Part shown: in pieces, positions 31,392 through 40,946 of the stretch | Position numbering within the stretch: the stretch's first letter is position 1 | How the letters are laid out: every line of letters begins with the position of its first letter | Assembly (NCBI GenBank): GCA_963792965.1 | Contig: CAWBYW010000009.1 | Location: 64,001 to 128,000, forward strand | Direction of reading: 5' to 3' | Length of the DNA: 64,000 bases | From: an uncultured delta proteobacterium | Lineage (GTDB): Bacteria > Desulfobacterota > Zymogenia > Zymogenales > Zymogenaceae | Position numbers and translations under genes: made by a program | The notes under the pieces: model-generated | Told to the model about the DNA's origin: nothing | Databases searched by the model: none | What the model saw: the letters and a program-made list of their open reading frames with translations, nothing else

Positions 31392-32591
31392 CTACTTCAT
31401 CGCCTTCATATAGAGGTCCAACACATTGCTCTCCTCGACCGGATTCGGGTTATAGCCGATCTGCGAGTCGCCCATGGCCGTCTCGGCCAGGGGCTGCAGT
31501 TTGGCCCTGTCCTCCGGTACGCCGAGAGACTTCAGGGTATCCGCGAGCCCGATCTCCTTTTTGAGGTCTTTCACGGCCTGGACGGCCTTCTTCCCGGCCT
31601 CGACGGGATCCATCCCGTTCACGTTGATCCCCATGGCGTCGGCCACCATCTTGAAGCGCTCCGGCACGGCCTCCACGTTGTACTCCATCACCAGCGGCAG
31701 CATGATCGCGTTTGCCAGCCCGTGGGGGATGCCGTAGACGCCGCCCAGCGCATGGGCCGTCGCGTGGACCGCGCCCGTCATGGAGTTTCCGAACCCCATG
31801 CCGGCCATGCAGCTGGCGATCAGCATCCCGCCCCTGGCGTCTATATTGTCCGGTTCCTTGACGGCAAGCGGCAGAAACTTGAAGATCATCCGGATCGCGT
31901 GGAGGTTCAGTCCGTCCGCGATCGGCTCGGCCGACGTCGCGGTGACCCCCTCCACCGCGTGGGTGAGGGCGTCCATGCCGGTAAATGCCGTTACCTTGGG
32001 CGGAAGCTTAACCGTCAGCTCGGGGTCGAGCATCGCCAGGTCGCAGTTCGCGTAGGGGTGCGCCACCGAGAGCTTCGTATGCGCCTCCGTGTCAAGCACC
32101 ACCATCGCAAACGTCACCTCGCTTCCGGTCCCCGCCGTGGTCGGAAAGGCGATGTGGGGCGGAAGGAGCTTTGCGCCCTCAAAGAGCGCCGCCTGATCGG
32201 CCAGCGGTTTGAAGTCAGTATAACCCTGCCCGATCATGATGTTGACGGCCTTGGCGGTATCCATGACGCTCCCGCCGCCGATGACGATCATGCAGTCGGC
32301 GCCGTTTTTCTTATAGAACTTCGTTCCCTCGTTGATGATGTCGATCCGGGCGTCCTGGACGATCCCGTCGAAGATCCCCACCAGCTTGAGATCGGACTTC
32401 TTCACCTCATCGGCGACCATATCGCAGACACCGGCCTTGACGATCCCTTTGTCTGTAAAGATGACCGCTTTCGTCCCCCCGAGCACTCCCATTTCGTAGC
32501 CGACCTCGGCCCGGAGCCCCGGCGAGTACATGATTTTGGGACGGTGCAGGAAGACAAAGAAAGGATCAAACGTGATATCGGGATACTTCAT
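31392..32591 (-). CDS. Iron-containing alcohol dehydrogenase
   Basis: GGGSVMDTAK, PTTAGTGSE, DALTHAVE and HATAH...PHGLANA. Confidence 0.93.
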   Translation of the reverse strand: MKYPDITFDPFFVFLHRPKIMYSPGLRAEVGYEMGVLGGTKAVIFTDKGIVKAGVCDMVADEVKKSDLKLVGIFDGIVQDARIDIINEGTKFYKKNGADCMIVIGGGSVMDTAKAVNIMIGQGYTDFKPLADQAALFEGAKLLPPHIAFPTTAGTGSEVTFAMVVLDTEAHTKLSVAHPYANCDLAMLDPELTVKLPPKVTAFTGMDALTHAVEGVTATSAEPIADGLNLHAIRMIFKFLPLAVKEPDNIDARGGMLIASCMAGMGFGNSMTGAVHATAHALGGVYGIPHGLANAIMLPLVMEYNVEAVPERFKMVADAMGINVNGMDPVEAGKKAVQAVKDLKKEIGLADTLKSLGVPEDRAKLQPLAETAMGDSQIGYNPNPVEESNVLDLYMKAMK

Positions 32592-32688
32592 AGAAGGCCT
32601 CCTTTTTCAGGTTGATACATAGTATATAATATAAGTGCTTGTGCGCTTCGACTCACCCGCGATCGCGTCAAATAGGGGGCCACGGACG

Positions 32689-33291
32689 TCAGCCGCGTGA
32701 GACCATCGAGAGGACCTGGTCGATCACCTTTTTGTTCATTTCGGCAAAGTCAAACGCGCGAGAGTCAAAGATGTGCTGGAGCGACGCGCCGAGCACCGCT
32801 GCGATAACGAAGGATGAGGTGCTCTGTAACACGAGGTCCGCCTTGAAGACGCCCCGGGAGATGCCCATCTCGAGGATCTTTTCGATCTCACGTCTCCAGT
32901 GCGAAAACAGCTTCGCGTTGATTTCCTTAATGAACTCCTTATGGTTGATCTGTGTCCAGAAGACCATAATGACACGGTAGAACTCCATATGCTCGTGCAC
33001 GATATCGAGGCTTATCTCGATGACGTTTCTGAGCTGCTCTTCCGGCCCCGAGCTCTCCTTCCTAACTTCGGCGAATCTTTTGTCGATGACGGCGATGATG
33101 GAATCGAAGAGCGAGACCATCATATCATCTTTGCTCTTAAAATAGTAGTAGACTATTCCTTTAGAGAAGCCGGCGTGATCGGCGATATCCTGAACCGTGA
33201 TATTTTCGTACCCGTTCTTGGCGATGATTTCGTACGCGGCGCGCGTAATCTGGGTCTCGCGGCGGCTCTTGAGGTCTTCTTTTGAAACCAT
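32689..33291 (-). CDS. TetR/AcrR family transcriptional regulator
   Basis: N-terminal HTH TVQDIADHAGFSKGIVYYYFKSK. Confidence 0.93.
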   Translation of the reverse strand: MVSKEDLKSRRETQITRAAYEIIAKNGYENITVQDIADHAGFSKGIVYYYFKSKDDMMVSLFDSIIAVIDKRFAEVRKESSGPEEQLRNVIEISLDIVHEHMEFYRVIMVFWTQINHKEFIKEINAKLFSHWRREIEKILEMGISRGVFKADLVLQSTSSFVIAAVLGASLQHIFDSRAFDFAEMNKKVIDQVLSMVSRG

Positions 33292-33310
33292 ATGCGTGGC
33301 CTGGAAGGTT

Positions 33311-33326
33311 TACTGACCAGTCAGTA
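33311..33326. promoter_or_regulatory. Palindromic putative TetR operator
   Basis: TACTGAC-CA-GTCAGTA perfect 7-bp inverted repeat about 20 bp upstream of the tetR start. Confidence 0.6.
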
Positions 33327-33405
33327 TTCTAACGCCTCGATCACCGTGAGTCAAGGCTTTTCAGAGAGAAGGCCACCCGCAGGGCGTCGTCGAAGAAGGG
33401 GTGTC

Positions 33406-34234
33406 CTATTGCGCATCCAGCACACGGATAAAATCGACGAGGATCCCAAAGCTCTCCTCAAGGATGTCCGTGTTCACCACCGAGCGCCGGTCCCTGTCCG
33501 TATCGAGGATGAAGAGCCCGATCCTCGGGATGCCTTCCACCGTTATCGCCGGATACCCCGCGTCGAGGAAGACCTGTGAGTCGGCCCCTACGCCCGGTAT
33601 CGAGACGGGAGACAGGTCGTACCCCCGGCGCTTCCCGATCATGGTGAGGATCTCCTCCAGCCGGTCGGAAGACCCCTCCGCCCAGGAGCGGGGCGGTGCC
33701 ATCCCCAGGCACTCGAGGTTGACGGCGGCGGTAATCCTCGCGGGCATACGGGGACTTGTCTTTGACAAACCGCCGGGAGCCGACGTGCCCCTCTTCCTCA
33801 CCGTCGAAGGCGACGAACAACAGGGTGTGCCTGTTGGACCTGTCACGAAAGCACGAAAAGAGGGCGACCAGCATCGTGACACCCGAGAAGTCGTCCAGCG
33901 CCCCCTCCCCCTCCCCCTCCTGGGCCCGGTCGAGGTGGGCACAGATGATGATCGTATCCGGGAGCTTTCCGGCAACGGTGACAATCACGTTCCCCGGGCA
34001 CCCCTCCCCATCCCCGAGCGGCTCAACAGCAACCTCTTTTGCGCCGAACCCGGCAAAGAGGTCGCGGACAGCCACGCACCTTTCGCCGCTTTCCCGGGGG
34101 ATGGCCGAAAAACGGTCCCAGATGCGCGCCGGCCCGGCGCAGGGATCTGCAGACAACGCCCTCGCCGTAAAAAGGAGAAAAAGTAGGAGGACGAACCCGC
34201 CGACACGCTTTATGGGGGCACATCGATTACTCAC
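33406..34234 (-). CDS. M28 family metallopeptidase (frameshift near 33735)
   Basis: ICAHLD, GALDDFSG and FDGEEEGHVGS in one frame; AAVNLECLG...ADSQVF...GYPAIT in the next. Confidence 0.8.
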
Positions 34235-34272
34235 ATCCTATCCTCATGCTCCGCCGGCACCAGGGGCCGGCT

Positions 34273-35112
34273 TTACCACGGTTTGACGTCGCGCAGCGGC
34301 GACTCCGACCGGAGAATCATGGCGGTGGCCTTCGCCTCACATCTGTCCGCACAGAGCCCGCACCCCTGGCAGTTGAGCACCCGGGCAACCCGATGCTTCC
34401 CGTTGCGGGCGCGCCCGGCGACAAGCTCGCGCTCGTCGAAGGGGCAGACGTCGATGCACGTGCCGCATCCCCTGCACTTCTTCTCGTCCACCGTCGAGAC
34501 CGATCGGGAGGGGTAGAAGGTGTATGGCTCGTCTTTGAAAAGTCGGTACGCCACCAGCGGGACGCATGACTCTTTGCAGCAATTACAGACGACGAAGTAG
34601 TTTTCGCTCTGCCGGTAAAAGAGGTGTCGATCGATAGACTGGATCATGCCGTCCGCCCGCGACTTTCTACAGATCTGTTTAGCCTCTTGTTTCGTGATGA
34701 TCCGATAGTCTTTCGGGAAAAGGTCCTTGTACCAGATCGTGGCGGACTGTCTGATGACGATATCGGTCATGATCTCATGGTCGCAGTTTTTGTTGCCGAC
34801 CCGGCAGCGACACGGCCCGACGGCGATGGCGTGATCGTCGGAGAGGCCGTCGATGAAGGAAAGGGCCTCATCGAGCGTCGTGGCCTGGCAGACAACCCCG
34901 CGCGTGCCCAGGAAGTGGGCGAAAAGGTAATAGAAGGGCTTGCGAAACCAGGCCTTCTTCATGACCGAAAGGCGGCTGACCCGGAACAGGATCCTGAGGA
35001 GCTCCACCTCGTGCCAGGCGTAGCCCTTGAAGAGAAATCGTCTGAGTCTGGAGCCCTCGTCGGTGATGTGCCCGATCAGCGACAACGACAGTGCCGCGAG
35101 TATCGCTTCCAT
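34273..35112 (-). CDS. 4Fe-4S dicluster ferredoxin-domain protein
   Basis: CRCR, CNCC..SC, CRGCGTCIDVCP and CQGCGLCADRC motifs. Confidence 0.85.
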   Translation of the reverse strand: MEAILAALSLSLIGHITDEGSRLRRFLFKGYAWHEVELLRILFRVSRLSVMKKAWFRKPFYYLFAHFLGTRGVVCQATTLDEALSFIDGLSDDHAIAVGPCRCRVGNKNCDHEIMTDIVIRQSATIWYKDLFPKDYRIITKQEAKQICRKSRADGMIQSIDRHLFYRQSENYFVVCNCCKESCVPLVAYRLFKDEPYTFYPSRSVSTVDEKKCRGCGTCIDVCPFDERELVAGRARNGKHRVARVLNCQGCGLCADRCEAKATAMILRSESPLRDVKPW

Positions 35113-35161
35113 CTTACCTTCCTCACGTATCCCACGGAGATATGGGCATCAGACCTTCGGG

Positions 35162-36779
35162 CTATTGGCCGGTCTTTTCAAACTCCTCTTTGAGCCTGAG
35201 CTTCATGATCTTGCCCACCGGCGTCAGGGGCAGGGAGTCGCGAAAGACGATCTGCCGCGGCACCTTGTAGTCGGCCAGGTGCTCCTTGCAGTAGGCCTTG
35301 AGCTCCGCCTCGCTGGGCGCACTTCCCGGCTTCGCCACGATATAGTAGCGGCCCACCTCCCCGAGGACCGGGTCGGGCACGCCGATGCCCGCGGCCATCA
35401 ACACCTTCGGGTGCTTGGAGAGGAGATTTTCCACCTCCACCGGGTAGACGTTGTAGCCGCCCTGCAGGTACATCTCCTTCTTCCTCCCCTTGAGCGTGAT
35501 GTACCCCTTCTCGTCGACGTATCCCATGTCCCCGGTATGGAGCCACCCGTCGGCATCGAAGGTCTCGGCGGTCTCATCCGGCATCATGAAGTAGCCCCGG
35601 CAGACCGCGTCCCCGCGAAAGCAGAGCTCACCGACCTCACCCACCGGCAGCTCCTTGCCGTCGGCGTCAACGACCTTGACCTTGAAATCTCCGATCGGCT
35701 TGCCGATGGAGCGCACTGTCGTCTCAAAATCGCTGTCCCAGGGGGAAAGCACGACCGCGCCGGAGGTCTCCGAGAGCCCATAGAGGTTCATGACCATGGC
35801 GTTTGGAAAGACTTCCTGGATCCTCGTGAGGAGGGCCGGCTCGGAGTTGGAGCCTCCCGAGATCGCCAGCCTCACCCGGCTCATATCGAGCTTCAGAAAA
35901 TCCGGGTTCATAAAGAGGAGCGTGTAGAGGGTGGGGACTCCCCCGTAGACCGTCGGCTTGTAGATCGAGGCCTGTTTCACTATATCGTTGAGATCGGGCG
36001 TCGGGATAAGGACGCCGGGGGCCTTGGCCAGGAGGCTGGACAGTATCGCGCAGGTGATCCCCCCCACGTGGTTGAGCGGCAGCACCACCAGCATGCTGTC
36101 GTCGGCGCTCATCCGCGCGTGCTCGACCTGCGCCCGCGCCGAGGCGAGCTGGCTCTTGTGGGAGATCGCCGCGCCCTTGGGCTTGCCCGTCGTGCCGGAG
36201 GTATAGATAATGATGATCAGGTCATCGGGGACGACCGCCTTCTTCGCGGCGCGAAAGGGCGGCAGTGTCCACCGTGGTCTGTTGAAGCGAGCGGTACGTC
36301 CGGCCGCCGGCAAAACGCGCCACGGCCCCCGGCGGGGTCGTCTCCGTTTCGATGAAGATGAAATCAGTGACGGTCGGGATCTTTTTCCGAAGCCCGTCCA
36401 GAAAGGACAGGTAGTCAAAGCCGGCAAGGTCCGTCGGGGCGACCAGGGCCCGCGCCCCGCTCTGGTTGAGCATATAGTCAAGCTCCATGTCCCGATACCG
36501 GACGTTGAGCGCCACTACTACCGCGCCGATCTTTGCGGCGGCAAAATAGGTATAGAGCCACTCGGGCTGGTTGAGGCCGATCATCCCGATCCGATCCCCC
36601 TTCTCGAATCCGAGCGCCAACAGCCCCGCGGCCACGCGGTCCGACGCCTCGTCCACGTCCCGAAAGCTGATCTCACTTCCCCGGTAGATATATGCCGTGC
36701 GAAAAGAGCCGTCCGGAAGCGGACGCGCCGCCTCGGCCAGCGCTTCGTGGATCAGGTTCGTTTTGCCGCTCTGTTTCAT
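35162..36779 (-). CDS. Long-chain fatty acid-CoA ligase / class I adenylate-forming enzyme (frameshift at ~36270-36330)
   Basis: N-terminal GFEKGDRIG...AAKIGAVVV; YTSGTTGKPKG, YGLSET, TGDMG, GRKKEM and GKIMK. Confidence 0.88.
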
Positions 36780-37037
36780 GGGCGGGCTCCCACAGAGGTT
36801 ATGATGCTGCGTGCATCGGATCGCCAAAACGAGTGCCGCCGCCACGCTGAATGGCAGCGTCTCTTCGAATTATCGTAGGGGAATTTTCCAACAACAATAC
36901 ATGAGAAGGCCGGCACAATCAATCAAAATAGTACGGAAGCGCGCCGCCCCTCGGACCGAGGCCTACTTTCGGAGGGGCTTGACAACGGCGACGGCTGCTG
37001 TTATTGTTCCTTTTCTTGAAGAGGACTGAGAAGAGAG

Positions 37038-37397
37038 ATGGGACTCGAGATTATCCTGACGGAGGGCGTAAACCCGCCCGAGCTTTCCCACGGCGGGACG
37101 TACGACGATACGCGGCACGCCGTCGTCCTTCCCCGCGGCGCCTGTATCATCGGGGTGGGGGGATTTTTGTTCGATGAGGTGTCGCCGGACGGCACAATGA
37201 AAGAAGCGACCAACCGCTTCTGGCTGAGATTCGTTGACATCAAGTATATCAAGACGACCGAGGGGACCGTCCTCTTCAGGAACTTCGACCTCTGCCCTTC
37301 CTGCGACGTGATGGATCATGTCTTCAAAAACGACCGGAGGCGCGGGGTCGTCCGCACCTGCCGCCGCTGCGGAAGGGATATCCCTATACGCGAATAA
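37038..37397 (+). CDS. Hypothetical protein with C-terminal Zn-ribbon-like CxxC-x18-CxxC
   Basis: 119 aa; purine-rich leader; CPSC...CRRC. Confidence 0.6.
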   Translation: MGLEIILTEGVNPPELSHGGTYDDTRHAVVLPRGACIIGVGGFLFDEVSPDGTMKEATNRFWLRFVDIKYIKTTEGTVLFRNFDLCPSCDVMDHVFKNDRRRGVVRTCRRCGRDIPIRE

Positions 37398-37426
37398 CCG
37401 ACAGTAACGAGCCTTAAAAACTCCAC

Positions 37427-37477
37427 CCTTACCTTTGAACAAATCAAGACCCAATCCCACATCTTCCCATTTTCATC
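37427..37477 (+). repeat. Conserved upstream block, copy 1
   Basis: CCTTACCTTTGAACAAATCAAGACCCAATCCCACATCTTCCCATTTTCATC, similar to 39546-39597. Confidence 0.8.
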
Positions 37478-37780
37478 CCTCCCACGTATAGCCGACAAAA
37501 AAGAGGGAGCATTCGTCTCCCCCTTCCTGATCCCCGGTTTGCCGTTTGGGGTGGCGTCCCCCAAGGGAGACGTTCGCTTGACGCCGGGACAGGCCTCATG
37601 TTTTTTGTACATGCCTGCAAAATAATTTGCACTTTGCGTTACATAAAAGTATTAATAATAACAGGCGGTTCCCTCCAGTGCCAAAATAGTCTGCATACTG
37701 AATAATTCCTGCCCCCTCGAAGAGAATCCATGTCATGGATAACCGGGTCATACGTACCACAAACCGCGTCTTTTCTCTCA

Positions 37781-37833
37781 TAACCAATTGAAATAATTCA
37801 ATATTTAGTGCTTTAAGTTGGCACGACGATTGC
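37781..37833 (+). promoter_or_regulatory. IHF-like site plus sigma54 (-24/-12) promoter
   Basis: TGGCAC-GACGA-TTGC at 37819-37833; TAACCAATTGAAA at 37781 (its reverse complement resembles WATCAAN4TTR). Confidence 0.75.
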
Positions 37834-37923
37834 TCTTAGAATACTCAGCCGCGATTACGCATCAATATAGGCCGTTGGTCATGCCTCGGTCGGATGTGTA
37901 GCGCTAATACGTAGGAGAAAGCC

Positions 37924-38613
37924 ATGACACATTTGAAAGCAGTTGGTGTTCCGCCCGATCTCGTTCCCGTTTTCGAAGCTGCTGAAGAAAAAATCAAGGG
38001 ATTCTTCGACACCATTAAACCCTATCCCGAAAAGGGGAGAATAGAGATCGGTGGAACAAGGTTCATGTGGGCCCAGGCGCGCGGAATGGCGCTTTCTTTC
38101 CGTGATACGATAATAGACATATACGGTGAGAAAGGGACTGAACAAATTCTGTATAAGTTCGGCCACTCCCTCGGTTCTCACGAGGCCAAGGCCTTCATCG
38201 AGCGCTTCAAACTGAAAGATCCGGTGGAAAAGCTTGCGGCGGGCCCGGTCTACTTCGCCTATACCGGCTGGGCATTCGTCGAATTTCTCCCGTCCAGCAG
38301 GCCCGCTCCGAATGAGGACTGCATTTTGACGTACAACCATCCCGGCTCTTTTGAGGCCGAGTTCTATCTCGCGGACAAGAAAAAAGCCGACCACCCCATC
38401 TGCTTCATCAACGCCGGGTATTCGTCGGGGTGGTCGGCGGAAAGCTTCGGTCTCCCGCTCGAGTCACGGGAGGTCACCTGTCAGGCGCGGGGAGACGAAC
38501 ATTGCACGTTCGTTTTGACCCACCGCAACAAGATGCTGGAGAGGCTCGAGAAATTCAGAGAGCTCCTGAAGACGAAGAAACGCTCCGAGATTACGACGGA
38601 AGACCTGCTCTGA
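37924..38613 (+). CDS. Stand-alone XylR-N/V4R domain protein, copy A
   Basis: PEKGRIEIGG, AAGPVYFAYTGWAFVE, CFINAGYSSGW and EVTCQARGDEHCTF (V4R Cys/Glu metal ligands); AGGAG RBS; no output domain. Confidence 0.88.
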   Translation: MTHLKAVGVPPDLVPVFEAAEEKIKGFFDTIKPYPEKGRIEIGGTRFMWAQARGMALSFRDTIIDIYGEKGTEQILYKFGHSLGSHEAKAFIERFKLKDPVEKLAAGPVYFAYTGWAFVEFLPSSRPAPNEDCILTYNHPGSFEAEFYLADKKKADHPICFINAGYSSGWSAESFGLPLESREVTCQARGDEHCTFVLTHRNKMLERLEKFRELLKTKKRSEITTEDLL

Positions 38614-38634
38614 GGACGGTTCGAAAGACTGTTG

Positions 38635-38786
38635 AAGAGGTTGAGATTTGCATGCTCTCCAAGCGGCTGGGGGCGCGGCATGGCCCTTGCTTTCCGAGAT
38701 ACTATGCCCGATACCTACGGTGAAAAGGGGACGGAATAGACCCTCAATAAATTCGACCAATCACCGGGCTCCAGCAAAGCGAAGGG
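38635..38786 (+). pseudogene. Decayed fragment of the same V4R gene
   Basis: Translates as ...GMALAFRDTMPDTYGEKGTE*TLNKFDQSPGSSKAK, versus GMALSFRDTIIDIYGEKGTEQILYKFGHSLGSHEAK in the intact copies; in-frame TAG. Confidence 0.75.
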
Positions 38787-38840
38787 AATTGTATAACATC
38801 AAATCCTTATCCTGAACAATATTCACAGGAGCCAGCCATT

Positions 38841-39446
38841 ATGAGCGGCGATGAGAAAATGGCGACGAATATGTCCATTCGGGCGGCCGTCGATTGTTTC
38901 ACCGAAATCATGGGGAAGAACGGTGCGAGAATAATCTTCAGGAATGCGGGGTTCGAGCACATCTATGACACCCCCCCGCCGTACGACTTGAATCCTAATA
39001 TTTCCGTAGAGTCACAAACTCGACTCTATATTGAGGTCGCCCAACTCGTCGGGCTCAAAGGAGCGCTGAGCATATGGAGGCGAGTCGGATATGCAGCCGT
39101 AAAATACGGGAATGAGTTCGGCCATGCATTTGACGCATATACAGATCTTCCTCCCGATGAAAAATACAACAAATCCAGCGAGCTCCTCTCGATGGTGATC
39201 GGCAAGGGGAAGACAGTGATGAGTGGCACGGGGAGGGTTGATTTTGACTGCTTTGACTGCACGGTATGCTCCCCGTACTTCTCCTCGGAGACCAAGAGGC
39301 CGGTTTGTCTTCTCTATACGGGTGCACTTCAGTATATTGCCGATTGGGCGTACGGGAAAAACGCCGCACAGGTCGTCGAGACGAAATGCAAGGCAAAGGG
39401 TGACGACACGTGCTACTACGAGCTGGTAATGACTGAGCCTTCTTGA
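38841..39446 (+). CDS. Stand-alone V4R (4-vinyl reductase) domain protein, divergent type
   Basis: CFDCTVC...PVCLLYTG...VETKCKAKGDDTCYY; AGGAG RBS. Confidence 0.85.
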   Translation: MSGDEKMATNMSIRAAVDCFTEIMGKNGARIIFRNAGFEHIYDTPPPYDLNPNISVESQTRLYIEVAQLVGLKGALSIWRRVGYAAVKYGNEFGHAFDAYTDLPPDEKYNKSSELLSMVIGKGKTVMSGTGRVDFDCFDCTVCSPYFSSETKRPVCLLYTGALQYIADWAYGKNAAQVVETKCKAKGDDTCYYELVMTEPS

Positions 39447-39545
39447 TATGACCTGCTTGGCCGGGTTGTCCGCTCCCGTAGCGGCTGCTGAAGACAGATC
39501 CCGATGAGGGGGTAGCCGACAGCAACGATCCCCCCAAAATGTCAT

Positions 39546-39597
39546 CCTTACCTTTGAACGAATCAAAGCGTAATCCCATATCTTCCGCCTTTTCATC
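39546..39597 (+). repeat. Conserved upstream block, copy 2
   Basis: CCTTACCTTTGAACGAATCAAAGCGTAATCCCATATCTTCCGCCTTTTCATC. Confidence 0.8.
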
Positions 39598-39900
39598 TAT
39601 CGCGATCCCCGCAAATCTGACAGTGGAGATTAATAAGCCAAGAGGAAAGTCGCCATGGCGATTAACCTCCCTCTCGATAATGCCAAAACAATAGAAGATA
39701 GTATGCTGACATATGATATTCGTTTTTATGCGCATGTGCAAGAAATCTTGCACCCTTGATTTTCGGAAATACCAATGATAATAGGCTGTTTCCCGAAACG
39801 TGACAAGAATTATGCATAGCGCGCCTCCCCTCCCCCCGGCCAAACGGATATAGGCTCGACAGGTGAGCCATTAGGATAACAAACTAAGTGTTTTCTTCTA

Positions 39901-39954
39901 TAACCAGTTGATGTCGCTTAAGGCTCCCCGCGCCTAAGGTGGTACACTATTTGC
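39901..39954 (+). promoter_or_regulatory. IHF-like site plus sigma54 (-24/-12) promoter
   Basis: TGGTAC-ACTAT-TTGC at 39940-39954; TAACCAGTTGATG at 39901 (reverse complement CATCAACTGGTTA). Confidence 0.72.
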
Positions 39955-40048
39955 TACTTACCATATCTTGGCCGTAAATACTTACCGGGCAAGATAGAAA
40001 GTCAGGCTCTATGTCGGATAGATTACATCAATTAGTAAGGAGAAATTC

Positions 40049-40738
40049 ATGACAGCATTGAAAGCAGTGGGTGTCCCACCCGATCTTGTTCCCGCCTTCC
40101 AGGCCGCTGAAGAAAGAATCAAGGGATTTTTCGATATGATTAAGCTCTATCCCGAAAAGGGGAGGATAGAGATCGGCGGCACGAGGTTCATGTGGGCACA
40201 GGCGCGCGGAATGGCGCTTTCTTTCCGTGACACGATAATCGACATATACGGTGAGAAAGGGACTGAACAAATTCTGTATAAGTTCGGCCATTCCCTCGGT
40301 TCCTACGAGGCCAAGGCCTTCATCGAGCGTTTCAAGTTGAAAGACCCGGTGGAAAAGGTCGCGGCGGGCCCGGTCTATTTCGCCTATACCGGCTGGGCAT
40401 TCGTCGAATTTCTCCCGTCCAGCAGGCCCGCGCCGAATGAGGACTGCATCTTGGCATACAACCATCCCGGCTCCTTCGAGGCCGAGTTCTATATCGCGGA
40501 CAAGAAAAAGGTCGACCATCCCATCTGCTTCATCAACGCCGGATATTCGTCCGGGTGGGCCGCGGAGAGCTTCGGCCTCCCCCTCGAGGCCCGGGAGGTC
40601 ACCTGCCAGGCGCAGGGAGACGAACATTGCACGTTTCTTCTGACCCACCGCAACAAGATGTTGGAGAGGCTCGAGAAATTCAGAGAGCTCCTGAAGACGA
40701 AGAAACGCTCCGAGATTACGACGGAAGACCTGCTCTGA
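40049..40738 (+). CDS. Stand-alone XylR-N/V4R domain protein, copy B
   Basis: 229 aa with 15 differences from 37924-38613 by manual alignment; AAGGAG RBS. Confidence 0.88.
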   Translation: MTALKAVGVPPDLVPAFQAAEERIKGFFDMIKLYPEKGRIEIGGTRFMWAQARGMALSFRDTIIDIYGEKGTEQILYKFGHSLGSYEAKAFIERFKLKDPVEKVAAGPVYFAYTGWAFVEFLPSSRPAPNEDCILAYNHPGSFEAEFYIADKKKVDHPICFINAGYSSGWAAESFGLPLEAREVTCQAQGDEHCTFLLTHRNKMLERLEKFRELLKTKKRSEITTEDLL

Positions 40739-40786
40739 GGACGGTTCGAAACTTACCGGTGGAGTAGTCATACTCCGCAAGGGGAT

Positions 40787-40814
40787 GGGGGGCGCGGCGC
40801 CCCCCTTTTTTCTT
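40787..40814 (+). terminator. Intrinsic terminator
   Basis: GGGGGGCGC-G-GCGCCCCCC stem followed by a T-run. Confidence 0.7.
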
Positions 40815-40946
40815 CGCACCTCGCGGTTCCCTCACCTCGCCGCAAATCTCCGCCCAATAGAATATCCCAAAATAAAATAATATACATCTCACTTCCACCA
40901 CAGTATAATGAGCCCAGTCTTTTCCATTTAAGAGAGGAGGGCATCT

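Noticed and set aside
36963-37460. Minus-strand ORFs reading through the conserved block (MGLGLDLFKGKG / MGLRFDSFKGKD)
   Set aside because: Similarity is limited to the 51-nt block, and the ORFs run antisense to better-supported genes, so the block was treated as non-coding.
37520-37580. GGCAAAC/GGGACG-containing stems on the minus strand, reminiscent of a c-di-GMP-I riboswitch
   Set aside because: Order and spacing of the motifs do not fit the GEMM consensus (no GAAA-capped P2 followed by GCAAAG).
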